Source: Mobula hypostoma (lineage: Eukaryota). Taken from it: a DNA stretch of 64,000 nt. The position numbers were made by a program, and so were the translations under genes. Each line of letters starts with the position of its first letter. Position 1 is the stretch's first letter. Shown here one piece after another: positions 22,415-34,329 of this stretch. The notes beneath the pieces were generated by a model. The model was not told the DNA's origin and made no database searches. It saw only the letters and a list, made by a program, of their open reading frames with translations. The stretch spans positions 2,790,001-2,854,000 of the forward strand of contig NC_086097.1 in NCBI RefSeq assembly GCF_963921235.1, written 5' to 3'.

Positions 22415-23400
22415 ATGCCCTCCCTCCTACACTAACTCTTTAGCCAAGTGTTAAACTGTATAATCTTCCTATTTCTGGCCTCACTAGCATGTGGCACATG
22501 TAACAATCCTGAGATCACAACCCTGGAGGTCCTGCCTTTTAACATAGCACTGAATTCCCTGAGCTCCCTATGCAGAATCTCATCACTCATCCCACCCACA
22601 TCATTGGTACCTGATGGACTAGGAGCTCTGGCTGTTCACTCTCCCACTTAAGAACTTGAGCCAAAATATCCCAGGCTCTAGCACCCAGGAGGCAACATTC
22701 CCTCTGGGAATCTCGGTCTTATCCACTGATCCTCCTGTCTGTACCCCTAACTAATGAATCCCCTGTCACCACAGCGTGCTCCCCCCTTCCCTTCTGAGTC
22801 ACAGAGCCAGACTCAGTGCCAGAGTCCTGTCTTTCCTCTGCTAGGTCATTCCCCTCCCTCCCCCAACACTATCCAAACCTGTAGTTGAGGGGGATGGCCA
22901 CAGGGGTACTCTGCACTGGCTCCTTAACCTTAACCCTCTTCTCCTTCCCGGCTGCCACCCAGTTTTCTGTGTCCTGCACCTTGGGTGTAACTACTTCTCT
23001 ATGAGTCCCATCCATCACCCCCTCAGCCTCCCGAATGATCCAGAGTTCATCCAGTTCCAGCTCCGACTCCTTAATGCAGATTGTTAGAAGCTGCAGCCGG
23101 ATGCACTTCTCACAGTTGTAGTTGTCAGAAACACAAGGTCTCCCTGCCTTCCCACATCCCGCAACAGGACCATTCAACTCTCCTGCCTGACTTCTTTACT
23201 GTTCCTAACTGAGCAGATATAAAGAAGGAAAAACTGTAGGGGAGAAAAAATACTCAAGCTACAGCTTATTTTTTTTGCCTTCTCTCATTCAAGCCTCCTC
23301 CTTGCTGAAGCCTCAAACCCCCACTCCAACTCTGACCACTCCAATGATGGCCGCTCCGCTTGCTCCTGACTTTCTTTAATTTGTTTTCGTCAATCAATCC
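22415..23400 (-). mobile_element. CR1 5' region / ORF1 fragment
   Basis: CEKCIRLQLL..ELELELDEL..VQSTPVAIPL, homologous to the ORF1 at 8.4 kb. Confidence 0.75.
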
Positions 23401-24448
23401 CAAACATTGATGGACAGCTGCTCAAAGCACCAAATTGCTGCAGTCTCTTCTACTCAATGGGGAAACCTGAGTGAACTATATCTTCTCAGGTTTCCGATCC
23501 CTGATTTAGCACTGCTCAAAGCTGCAAACTGCTGCAAGTCGCTGCCTTTTCTACTCGATATGTACTGTACTGTGCACTTTGGTCTGGAGGAATGTTGCTT
23601 CATTTGGCAGTATGTGTGTAGACGAACCACAGCCACCACTCGCTCGTGTCCACATTGCACCAGAATATGTGGATCCTCAATTAGCCTCGATAGCAACGTG
23701 AGGAACCACCAACAGACAACTCCTCAGGTAAACATCACACTCAACTCGAGTGATCACCCTATTACTAATATATGCGTGTGGTTGAATGACAATAAACTGA
23801 ACTTTAACTTGAAGAGACCGTCTGAGAACTTGAACAGAACTTGCACTGGGAGAGAATTTTGTAAGGTTAATTTGAACATGTTTGAATATTAGAGTTTTAT
23901 TCAAAGTTAAAAGACTGCTGAAGAAAGGAAATTGGAAAACGGAGCGGTGCTGGCTGGAAAGAGTTGAGGAAGAGGTCGGGAGGAGTTTGAACTTCGGTGT
24001 GACTGGATGGAGTCTGATGCTTCTGGGTATTTGCCGTTGTCATGTTTGCATAATACAGGCCTGAAACTGATCTGGATCAGTGCGGGAAAAGATAATTGAG
24101 TGTGACACACAACTATCGGAGCCTTTACCCACGGCTGAGATACTCGAGTGCCCACGAGGGCGCATTGTCAGATCGAATCCATACAAAAATCAAGGTTGTT
24201 TAATGTCATTTCCAGCCCACAAGTGCAGCGCTGCCTCTAATTTGTTTTTTCTAAAAATGCGCGGACCAACAATTGCTCTGAGCAAGAAATGTTTACATGG
24301 CCTGAAAACTGCGTTGCACTTTAATAAAATAATAAATAAAATCCCGGCTGCACGAAAACAAAGTCTATGTGCATGGGAGCACTTGAGTTACTGCATGACC
24401 GCGCACCCGCGCAGCTGAGATGCGAATCTTCACCAGTGTAAGGGAGAA

Positions 24449-24500
24449 AACACACACACACACACACACACTCACTCACACTCACACACACTCACATTCA

Positions 24501-24542
<42 letters not shown>

Positions 24543-24750
24543 CACACACACACACACACACTCACACACACTCACATTGACACAAACATAACAAACGCGC
24601 GCACACGCAAACACGCACAAACACACATTCTCTCTTTCACACACATACACATTCACACACACAAACATACACAAACTCTCACACACACACTGACACAAAC
24701 ACACCCACGCAAACACATACGCACACTGACAAACACACACACACATAAAC
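24449..24750. repeat. Degenerate (CA)n microsatellite
   Basis: Direct inspection. Confidence 0.95.
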
Positions 24751-25059
24751 AATAAGATAAAGAACTCAATAATAAAAACACAATAAATATAACATATTAT
24801 ACAGTTTATATGCACATATTGATTATATGTCCATAAAGTGACGCTAGGCAAAGCACTGTCTGCAGAGTAATGAGACAATCATTTTGATGAAAGCGAAATT
24901 TTAAACTTTATTCTCATCCCTAAAGTTAGAGCACCAAACAAAACTTTGCATTCTATGGAGGCATTGGGATGTACTATCAATGTGAAAATCTGTATAAAAG
25001 TTCCATCAAACAGAATTTCCCAGCCCTGTTAATTATCCACAATTATTAATTTTAATAAT

Positions 25060-25510
25060 AATAACCTATTTACAGAGCATTTTCCACACAGACGATGGAA
25101 TTCAAAGTGTTTTACAACGGGATAAAGTGCAAACATGAAAATTAAAAGAAGACAAAAAGATGTTGGTTAAAAGCAAGGTTAAATAAATAGGTTTTGATCT
25201 GATGTTTAAAAGTGTTAATTGAGTCTACATCCCTTATAGTTCTAGATGTTGAATTCCACAGTCTAGGGCGTAGTTCAGAAAAGCTGACATGCCAATTATC
25301 TTTTGAAGGAGATTGTTGAAATTTAAGAGACCGGTGGAAGAAGACGTGAGAGTTCGAGCAGGATCATAAAACAAAAACAATCTGTGATGTACTCCAGTCC
25401 CAGACCATTGAGAGCTTTAAAAGCAAGTAAATTAATTTTTAAATCAGTTCTAAAAGATGCAGGAAGCCAATGTAGATTAGTTAGGACAGCACTGAGATGT
25501 TCCCTCATCT
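25060..25510 (-). mobile_element. L2 LINE 3' fragment
   Basis: EHLSAVLTNLHWLPASFRTDLKINLLAFKALNGLG matches the L2 ORF2 C-terminal motif. Confidence 0.8.
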
Positions 25511-25559
25511 GAATAAAGTGAGTTCGAATAATTTCAGCGTTGAATGTGATACTCAAAAT

Positions 25560-25735
25560 TTCCGCACACTTTAAGACCTGGTAGCAGACGAGTCGACAAC
25601 TGAATGGACGGTCTCAGTGGTCCTGCCTCTCTGGGACTGATTGCCAAATCACACGGCCCTCGTCAGCTTGGCGCTGACCGTGAGAAATCCAAGTCACAGT
25701 TTGAACCGGGGAGCGCCCACAGAAAAAGCAAAGAC
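25560..25735 (+). promoter_or_regulatory. Probable COX8 promoter / 5' UTR (CpG-rich)
   Basis: Non-repeat, CpG-dense segment directly upstream of the ATG. CGTCA half-CRE at 25661-25665; TGACCGTGA (one mismatch to the ERR site TGACCTTGA) at 25675-25683. The TSS is not determinable from sequence. Confidence 0.55.
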
Positions 25736-25846
25736 ATGTCGGGAGTTCTCCGTGGGCCGTTTGGCTGCCGCTTGTCCGTGATGCAGTCTTTAATGCAAAA
25801 GGCGAACATTCACGTGAAACCGCCAAAAGAGAAAATCGGCCCTTTG
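25736..25846 (+). CDS. COX8: Cytochrome c oxidase subunit 8, coding exon 1 (mitochondrial presequence plus mature N-terminus)
   Basis: MSGVLRGPFGCRLSVMQSLMQKANIHVKPPKEKIGPL (37 aa): basic presequence free of acidic residues, then the COX8-type IH.KPP.E.IG motif. Ends at a phase-0 donor TTG|GTGAGT. Confidence 0.92.
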
Positions 25847-26034
25847 GTGAGTTTGTAGCCATATGGCACAGCCACGACTTCTCCAGTGAGTGCAACCTGA
25901 TGACCGTCACGTACATCCAACAGAGTGGAAAAATCTGAATTTAGAAAAAAAACATTATTTTCAAAATTACTCTAAAATAGTGCTGCCCGAAGACCTGATT
26001 TTGTAAAATCCGAATTCGGAGTTACGAGCTCATC

Positions 26035-26160
26035 AAAGGTTACGGGAGAGGCAGGAGAGTGGGGGTTGAGAGGGAGAATGAATTAGTCATGATGGAATGG
26101 TGAAGCAGTCTCGATGGGCCGAATAGCCTAAATCTGCTCTTATGTTTCATGGTCTGATGG
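26035..26160 (+). mobile_element. Short CR1-type 3' UTR fragment inside the COX8 intron
   Basis: CTCGATGGGCCGAATAGCCT..CTGCTC..TATG resembles other CR1 3' ends in the window, e.g. 13580-13630. Confidence 0.6.
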
Positions 26161-26479
26161 TCGCACGGAAATTTAGAGTTTTGCACACTTTATAAAAACT
26201 AAATGAACTTTGAAATTCACACTGTTACTTTGCTCGCTTTTTAACGGGTCTCTCTGGAATATATTTTTCCTTGCCTTACTTCATCAATGTATGTTGTTAA
26301 AACTGCTATTTATATAATTTATTCTCATTTTCTTAAGGTAAAAATTGGGTTGCTAATGTTTTTGCCCCCTCTCTGTAAAATTTTAACACTTGACAGATTT
26401 TTTTTGGCACTGCACGGATTTGGGCATCTATAAAATGGTAACGCAGTGTTTCTCTCTGTTTCTTTGTGTGGTTTTACAG

Positions 26480-26575
26480 AAGACAGTTCTGTGTCTGTCG
26501 GTTTTCGCATTGAGCCTGTTTGGACCAGCGGGTTGGATTCTGCATCGCCTGCCGGAATACCGTAAAAGAAATTAA
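26480..26575 (+). CDS. COX8: Cytochrome c oxidase subunit 8, coding exon 2 (transmembrane helix and C-terminus)
   Basis: Polypyrimidine tract plus TTTTACAG acceptor. KTVLCLSVFALSLFGPAGWILHRLPEYRKRN* carries the COX8 hallmark P[AS]GWIL..L..Y[RK]. In frame with exon 1 (68 aa, 633-nt GT-AG intron). Confidence 0.93.
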   Translation, partial: KTVLCLSVFALSLFGPAGWILHRLPEYRKRN

Positions 26576-26750
26576 AAGGAACAGGGAGGTTTTGTGGTCG
26601 ACTGCATTCAGACCCCGGTTATATTTAGAATCTGAGGTTGAAAGAACATCTCGGGGATAACAATGTGCTCTCTGTTGCTGTAGTCTTTATCCCAGCTGTC
26701 TCCCGTGCTTTACAACGCGGGGAAGCGTTCCTTGCTGTTTCTGCATTTTA

Positions 26751-26756
26751 AATAAA
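26751..26756 (+). terminator. COX8 polyadenylation signal
   Basis: AATAAA 175 nt after the stop codon and before TE sequence resumes. Confidence 0.7.
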
Positions 26757-26914
26757 AGCATCCGTCAAGAGCTACGACAACCTTAGTCAGCCTTGTTTAC
26801 TTATACATTTTAATTTGCAGGCGCTGCACCGGAGACTTCACCCTACTCAATCAGAACTAGATTTACTATCATCGGCATGTGTCGTGAAATTTGTTAACTT
26901 TATGAGCAGTATAA

Positions 26915-27312
26915 TAGAACATAGAACATAGAACATAGAACAGTACAGCACAGTACAGGCCCTTCGGCCCACAATGTTGTGCAGACCCTCAAACCCTGCC
27001 TCCCATATAAGCCCCCACCTTAAATTCCTCCATATACCTGTCTAGTAGTCTCTTAAACTTCACTAGTGTATCTGCCTCCACCACTGACTCAGGCAGTGCA
27101 TTCCACGCACCAACCACTCTCTGAGTAAAAAACCTTTTCTAATATCCCCCTTGAATTTCCCACCCCTTACCTTAAAGCCATGTCCTCTTGTATTGAGCAG
27201 TGGTGCCCTGGGGAAGAGGCGCTGGCTATCCACTCTATCTATCCCTCTTATTATCTTGTACACCTCTATCATTTCTCCTCTCATCCTCCTTCTCTCCAAA
27301 GAGTAAAGCCCT
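26915..27312 (-). mobile_element. CR1 3' fragment (same subfamily as the 38 kb and 49 kb copies)
   Basis: (ATAGAAC)n tail; LGLYSLERRRMRG..FPRAPLLNTRGHGFK. Confidence 0.9.
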
Positions 27313-27692
27313 AATGAAATACATGACAAATAATTGAGAAAAAACTGAGTTATATTAAATATATACAGTATGTCTATTAAATAGTTAAGTTATAAAGCGT
27401 AGTACAAAATAACAGAAATAAAAAGTATTGAGGTAGTGTTCATGGGTTCAATGTCTATTCAGAAATCAGATCCTGAAACATTGAGTGTGTGCCTTCAAGC
27501 TTCTGTACCTCCTTCCCGACGGTATCATTGTGAATAGGGCATGTCCTGGCTGGTAGGGATCCTTAACGGTGGACTCCTCTTTCCTAAGCCTCATATAGCG
27601 CTCTTTGGAGCAGCATAGTTGTCTTAGTCTAAAAGTTCTCCTCTGTTCAGCCAAGATGTCTTGCACACTACAGAGTCAAACTTAGATACTAT

Positions 27693-28238
27693 TGTAGCAC
27701 TGTAAGGTTTACTGCTGAAGTAATGGTTTATCTGTAGCAGCAATGTTTGGGTTATGGCTGGAGGTAACAGGACTATGGGATGCATGTTAGCCAATCAGTA
27801 TTATGTTGCCCTGTCTTGTGAATCTGGAAGCAGTTGATTTTGCGGGCTTTTGCCAGAGAGAGGGAGAGATGAAGAGAGAAGATGCGAATGGAGAGATTTG
27901 GTAGACCACCAGACTGTCTGGACTCAGAGCGAGGGTCCGAAGGGTAGCAACGATCAGAGGTTGATGGGGACCGATCAGTCTATGAGTGAGCTCCAGCTTT
28001 GCACACAGACTGTTACTAAGATTTGGCCCTTTTTAATATATATTTCATTCCTTTACTAACTATACAGTATAAAGTTTAATTGTTTAATTGCACATTGTGT
28101 ACTGTTTGGTATTTTGGGGTACTGATTTGTAACAGGGGACACATCGCACAGCGTCCACCCAAACAAGAGTTCTTAAGTTTGGCCGGGCCGGGGGTTATCT
28201 CCCCCTATATTAAGCTGCGAGGCGAAGCAAGTATCACA
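27693..28238 (+). mobile_element. Solo LTR (546 bp) with 4-bp TSD CTAT
   Basis: TG...CA termini; CTAT at 27689-27692 and 28239-28242; resembles the LTR at 609. Confidence 0.8.
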
Positions 28239-28284
28239 CTATGATCCCATCTAGATCCTAGTTGATCCATATCATATTTCTTCT

Positions 28285-28795
28285 GGTGTCCCTCCTCCTT
28301 CCCTTTCTCCCATGGTCCACTTTCCTCTCCTATCAGAGTCCTTTTTCTCCAGCCCTTTACCTTTTCCACCCATCACCTCCCACTTGCGCCGTTCCTCCTT
28401 CTCTTTCTCCCATGGTGACTCTCCTCACCTGTCAGATTCTTTCGTCTCCAGCCCCTTACCTTTTCTGCCTTCCACATCTCCCAGCTTCTTACTTTACCCC
28501 CCCATCCACCTGGCTTCACCTATCCCCTCGAGCTCGTCCACCTTCCCCCATCCCCTCGAGCTCGTCCACCTTCCCCCATCCCCTCGAGCTCGTCCACTTT
28601 CCCCTATCCCCTCGAGCTCGTCCACCTTCCCCCATCCCCTTGAGCTCGTCCACCTTCCCCCATCCCCTCGAGCTCGTCCACCTTCCCCCCCCGGCACTTC
28701 TGTCCCGGCTTTCTCCCCTTTCCTCTCCAGTCCTGATGAAGGACCTTGGCTCAAAACGTAGAAGCTGCCTGATCTGCTGAGTTCTTCCAGCATTT
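28285..28795 (+). mobile_element. Penelope-derived element with a decayed hammerhead motif and an internal minisatellite
   Basis: Pyrimidine-rich body like 6930-7227; CAGTC CTGATGA at 28728-28739. Confidence 0.65.
28522..28689. repeat. 28-bp minisatellite, 6 copies
   Basis: Unit ATCCCCTCGAGCTCGTCCACCTTCCCCC. Confidence 0.95.
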
Positions 28796-28812
28796 TCATA
28801 ACTTCCATAAAC

Positions 28813-29660
28813 TGTCAGAGGTTACAGCGGGACATTGATAGGATGCAAAATTGGGCTGAGAAGTGGCGGATGGAGTTCAACCCAGATAAGTGTGAGGTGG
28901 TTCATTTTGGTTGGGCAAATATGATGGCAGAATACAGTATTAATGGTAAGACTCCTGGCAGTGTGGAGGATCAGAGGGATCTTGGGGTCTGAGTCCATAG
29001 GACACTCAAAGCTGCTGCGCAGGTTGACTCTGTGGTTAAGAAGGCATATGGTGCATTGGCCTTCATCAATCATGGAATTGAATTTAGGAGCCGAGAGGTA
29101 ATGTTGCAGCTATATAGGACCCTGGTCAGACCCCACTTGGAGTATTGTGCTCAGATCTGGTCGCCTCACTACAGGAAGGATGTGTAAACCATAGAAAGGG
29201 TGCAGAGGAGATTTACAAGGATGTTGCTTGGATTGGGGAGCATGTCTTCTGAGAATAGGTTGAGTGAACTCGGCCTTTTCTCCTTGGAGCAACGGAGGAT
29301 GAGAGGTGACCTGATAGAGGTGTATAAGATGATGAGAGGCATTGATCGTGTGGATAGTCAGAGGCTTTTTCCCAGGGCTGAAATGGTTGCCACAAGAGGA
29401 CACAGGTTTAAGGTGCTGGGGAGTAGGTACAGAGGAGATGTCAGGGGTAAGTGTTTTACTCAGAGAGTGGTGAGTGCGTGGGATGGGCGGCCGGCAACAG
29501 TGGTGGAGGCGGATACGATAGGGTCTTTTAAGAGACTCCTGGATAGGTACATGGAGCTTAGAAAAATAGAGGACTAAAGGTAAGTCTAGAAATTTCTAAG
29601 GTAGGGACATGTTCAGCACAATTCTGTGGGCTGAAGGGCCTGTAGGTTTTCTATGTTTCT
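28813..29660 (+). mobile_element. CR1 3' fragment
   Basis: [29 protein letters not shown]; same subfamily as the 3' end of the 8.2-13.3 kb copy. Confidence 0.9.
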
Positions 29661-29789
29661 GTTTTGAGTGTATTGCTTTGGATTTCCAGCATCTGCAGAA
29701 TCTCATGTTCATATTTCAGATTCATTTATTTATCACACATACATTGAGAAGTGAGGTGAAATGTTTCATTTGCATCAACAACCAACACA

Positions 29790-32770
29790 CCCGGTGATAC
29801 TCTGGGGCAGACACAAGTGTCGGCGTACGTTCAGCGGGGAAAGGTAACGTCAGACAGAGCAACGGTCGGGGAGATGGATGGCCAATCCTGTAGCTACGAA
29901 AGAGACGCCAGGGTAACGTGTCGCCTCCTGGATGCTCGGGTTCAGGACGTCTCAGAGCAACTGCAGAAAGTTCTCCAGAGGGCCTGTTAGCATCTAGAGG
30001 TTGTAGTGCACAGTAGCACCAATGACATAGGTGGGAAGAGGAAGAGGTCCTGCACAGTGAGTTCAAGGAGGTAGGCAAGAGACTGAAGAGCAGGACCTCC
30101 AAGATAGTGATCTCTGGGTTACTCCCACTGACACATGCTGCTCAGGGCAGGAACAGGATGGTTTGGCAGATGAAAGAGTGGCTAAGGAACTGGTGCAGGG
30201 GACAGGGATTTGGATTTCTGAATCATTGGGATCTCTTCTGGGGAAGGTGTGACCTGTACAAAAGGGACAGGTTACCCCTGAGCCTGAGGGGAACCAATAT
30301 CCTTGCAGACAGGTTTGCTAGAGCTGTTGGGGAGGGTTTAAACTAAATTGGCAGAGAGATGGGAACCAGAGTGATAGGCCTGAGGATGGGGCCGTTGATA
30401 AACAACTAGGTAGATAGATAGATAGATAGATACTTTATTGATCTCAAAGAAAATTACAGTGTCACAGTAGCATTACAAGTGCACAGAGGTACAAATATTG
30501 GAAGAGAAGTAAGAAAGAATAAAAAAATAAGTTACTGTACCTCAAGCAGTCTAACAGGAGGGGGTCATCACTTTCCCTGGCTATAGGTTGACTCATTATA
30601 GAGTCTAATGGCCGAGGGTAAGAATGACCTCATGCCGTGCTCTTTGGAGCAGCGCAGTTGTCTTAGTCTATTACTAAAAGTGCTCCTCTGTTCAGACAAG
30701 ATGGCATGCAGAGGGTGAGAAACATTGTCCAGGATTGCCAAGGTTTTCTGTAGGGTACTTTGTTCCACCCCAGCCTCCAGTGTGTCCAGTTTGACTCTTG
30801 TAACAATTCCATCCTTTCTAATCAGTTTATTGAGCCTGTTGGCATCACCCATGTTGATGCCATTGTCCCTGCCCACCACTGCATAGAAGATTGTATTGGT
30901 GACAACAGACTGGTAAAAATTGTAAAGGAGAGGCCTGCATACTCCAAAGGACCTCAATCTCCTCCGGAAGTAGAGACAACTCTGGCCATTCTTGTACACT
31001 GTCTCAATATTGGTGCTTCACTGAAGTCTGTCATCCAGGTGCACCCCCAGGTACTTGTAGGTCCTCACCACATCCACGTCCTCACTATCAGTAGTAACAG
31101 GGAGCAGTGCAGACTTAGTCTTCCTAAAGTCCGTCACCATCTCCTTTGTCTTACTGATGTTGATGCAGTGTATAGTGAGACTGTGAGTAAGGACAGGCAG
31201 ATAATAGGACAGAATTGTAGTCAGCGGGATGCTTTGCCATATAACAGAGATTAAATTGGAAAGGGTGGTGAATGCAAGACTGAAGATGTAATATTTTAAT
31301 GCACGCACTATAGGGAATAAGGTAGATGATCTTGTAGTGCAATTAGAGTTTGGCAGGTATGACGTTATCAGCATCACTGAGTCATGGCTGAAAGAAAATT
31401 ATAGTTGGGAGCTTAATATCCAAGGATACACATTGTATCGAAAGGACAGGCAGGTAGGCAGAGGGGGTGGTGTGGCTCTGTTGGCAAAAAGTGAAATCAA
31501 ATCCTTAGAAAGAGGTGACATAGGATCAGAAGATGTAGAATCCTTGTGGGTAGAGATGAGACATTTTAAGGGTAAAGAGACCCTGATGGGAGTTATATAC
31601 AGATTTCAAACAGCAGTAAAGACGAGGGCTACAAATTACAATGGGATATAGAAAAGGCATAAATATAGGCAATGTTACAATAATTATGGGGGATTTCAAT
31701 TTGCAAGTAGATTGGGAAAATCAGGTTGGTGCTGGATCCCAAGAGTGGGAATTTGTAGAGTGCCTATGAGATGGATTCTTAGAGCAGCTTGTGGTTGACC
31801 CCACTTAGGGGAAGACTATACTGGATTGGGTGTTAGTAATAACCCCGATTTGATTGGCGAGCTTAAGGTAAAGGAACCCTCGGGAGTCAGTGATCATAAT
31901 ATGATAGAATTCACCCTGCAGTTTGAGAGGATGAAGACAAAGTCTGATGTGTCTGTACTACAGTGGAGTAAAAGAAATTACAGAGGCATGAGAAGGGAGC
32001 TGGCCAAAGCTGATTGGAAGGTGACATGTGCAGGTATGATGGTAGAATAGCAATGGCTGGAGTTTCTGGGGGCAGTTCAAAAGACACTGAAAAGATACAT
32101 CCCAAAGATGAAGGAGTATTCTAAGGGGAGGATGGGGCAATCGTGGCTGACATGGGAAGTCAAAGACAGCATAAAAGCAAAGGAGAGGGCATATAATAGA
32201 GCAAAGATTAATGGGAGGGTAAGCTTTTAAGGGAGCTCGATCTTTACTCTTTGGAGTGAAGGAGGATGAGAGGAGACATGATAGAGGTATACAAGATAAT
32301 AAGAGGAATAGGTAGAGTGGATAACCAGTGCCTCTTCCCCAGGGCACCACTGCTCAATACAAGAGGACATGGCTTTAAGGTAAGGAGTGGGAAGTTCAAG
32401 GGGGATATTAGAAGAAGGTTTTTTACTCAGAGAGTGGTTGGTGCGTGGAATGCACTGCCTGAGTCAGTGGTGGAGGCAGATACACTAGTGAAGTTTAAGA
32501 GACCACTAGACAGGTATATGGAGGAATTTAAGGTGGGGCTTATATGGGAGGCAGGGTTTGAGGGTTGACACAACATTGTGGGCCGAAGGGCCTGTACTGT
32601 GCTGTACTATTCTATGTTCTATGTTCTAAACCAACAGAAGGCAGCTAAGAAGACTGAAGGAGAGCAAAGGTGAAATATGAAGGTCAGAGGTCAGCTAAAA
32701 GAGAATGTAAGATGTTTTTTCAAATATATAAAGAATAAAAGAGAGGGGAGAGTGATGCTGGGGGGCGGGG
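29790..32770 (+). mobile_element. Degenerate CR1 (ORF1 esterase to ORF2 endonuclease) with nested Rex1 (about 30410-31165, -) and nested CR1 3' end (about 32228-32627, +)
   Basis: NHWDLFWGRCDLYKRD, ISITESWL and SDHNMIEF motifs. The Rex1 insert carries YKYLGVHLDD and RSFLPSAIRLYN. Confidence 0.8.
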
Positions 32771-32827
32771 AGAGTAGTAATGTCTTATTCCTGCCCACAA
32801 TGTTCAGCTGAACACCACAAACAACAA

Positions 32828-33111
32828 AACAAGCCCCTTTCCTCCTTTACAAATAACAACAAAACAAGCCCCTTTCCTCCTTTACAAACAACAGCAGGTA
32901 AACAAGCCCCTTTCCTCCTTTACAAACAACAGCAGGTAAACAAGCCCCTTTCCTCCTTTACAAACAACAGCAGGTAAACAAGCCCCTTTCCTTCTTTACA
33001 AACAACAGCAGGTAAACAAGCCCCTTTTCTCCTTTACAAACAACAGCAGGTAAACAATCCCCTTTCCTCCTTTACAAACAACAGCAGGTAAACAAGCCCC
33101 TTTGCTCCTTT
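32828..33111. repeat. 38-bp minisatellite, about 7 copies
   Basis: Unit AACAAGCCCCTTTCCTCCTTTACAAACAACAGCAGGTA. Confidence 0.95.
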
Positions 33112-33184
33112 CATCCACCCACTCTCACACAGACAGGACTCCAACCACAGAACACCCCAGTTGTAAAGATTGCCATTAGAACAG

Positions 33185-33855
33185 AAGACATGGGAGCAGA
33201 ATTAGGCCATTCGGCCCAACGATTCTGCTCCGCCATTCCATCATGGCTGATTCATTATCCCTCTCAACACCATTCTCCTGCCTTTTCCCCAAAACTTTTT
33301 GGTGCCCTGACTGAACAAGAACCTATCAACCTTTACTTTAAATATACCCTGCGCACAGTTGTCTGTGGCAATGAATTCCATAGACTAACTGCACTCTGGC
33401 TAAAGAAATACCTCGTCATCTCTGTTAGAAGGGATGTCTCTCTGTTCTGAGACCGTGACCTCTGGTCCTAGACTCCCTCACTACATGAAACATCCTCTCT
33501 GCATCCACTCTATCTTGGCCTTTCAATATCTGATAGATTTTAGTAAGATCCCCCTCATTCCTCCGAACTCCAGGGAGTACAGGCCGAGAGCCATCAAACA
33601 CCTCTCATACATTAACTCTTTCAATCACAGAATCATTCTTGTGAACCTCCTTTGGATTCTATCCAATGCCAGCACATCCTTTCTTAGATAAGGGGCACAA
33701 AACTGCTCATAATACTCTCAGTACGGTCTGACCAATGCCTTATAAAGACTCAATATTACATCCTTGCCTTTATATTCTAGTCCTTTTGAAATAAATGCTA
33801 ACGTTGTACTTATCTTCCTCATCACTAGCTCAACCTTAGTTAACCTATAGGGAAC
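33185..33855 (-). mobile_element. CR1 3' fragment
   Basis: LAFISKGLEYKGKDVILSLYKALVRP plus CR1 3' UTR. Confidence 0.8.
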
Positions 33856-34329
33856 CCTGCAGGATCGAGGACCCTCAAGTCCCAAGTGTCCAAACATCGC
33901 TCTCTGGCCTGGACTCACATACTTGCAGACATCAGGCCTCTGATTTTGGTACATGCTGACCTGGAGGCTTGGACTTCTGTCCTTGCTGATTTCAGTCTTC
34001 GACCTTTGGTATTGACCCCAGGACTCCCTGATCATGAGACCTTGACATCTGGGCCTCAAACCCTGCACTCGCATGGACCTCCGTCACTGGAACTCGCCGA
34101 CCCAGGGGAAGGGGTGTGGTTAGAAACCCTCATGTCTCCTGCACGTATGGGCCTCAATACTGGAACCTGAAAACCTGGGGGAATTGCTGATTGGGAGGCT
34201 GGTTTCAGGCATCGCTGGCCGACGTCTCAGTGTCTGCTGATCTGACATCCATCCATGGGGATCACTGGCCTCTACCATGGAGCACTAAACCGGAGAGGGG
34301 CTCCTGCCCTGACTCTTCATGTGCTGCCC

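Noticed and set aside
24225..24430. CpG-rich patch as an extra promoter or exon
   Set aside because: It resembles a short degenerate non-autonomous DNA transposon within a LINE tail, with no supportable ORF or splice pair. Too weak to list as a feature.
24420..24878. His/Thr-rich and Cys/Val-rich ORFs
   Set aside because: Translation of a (CA)n microsatellite.
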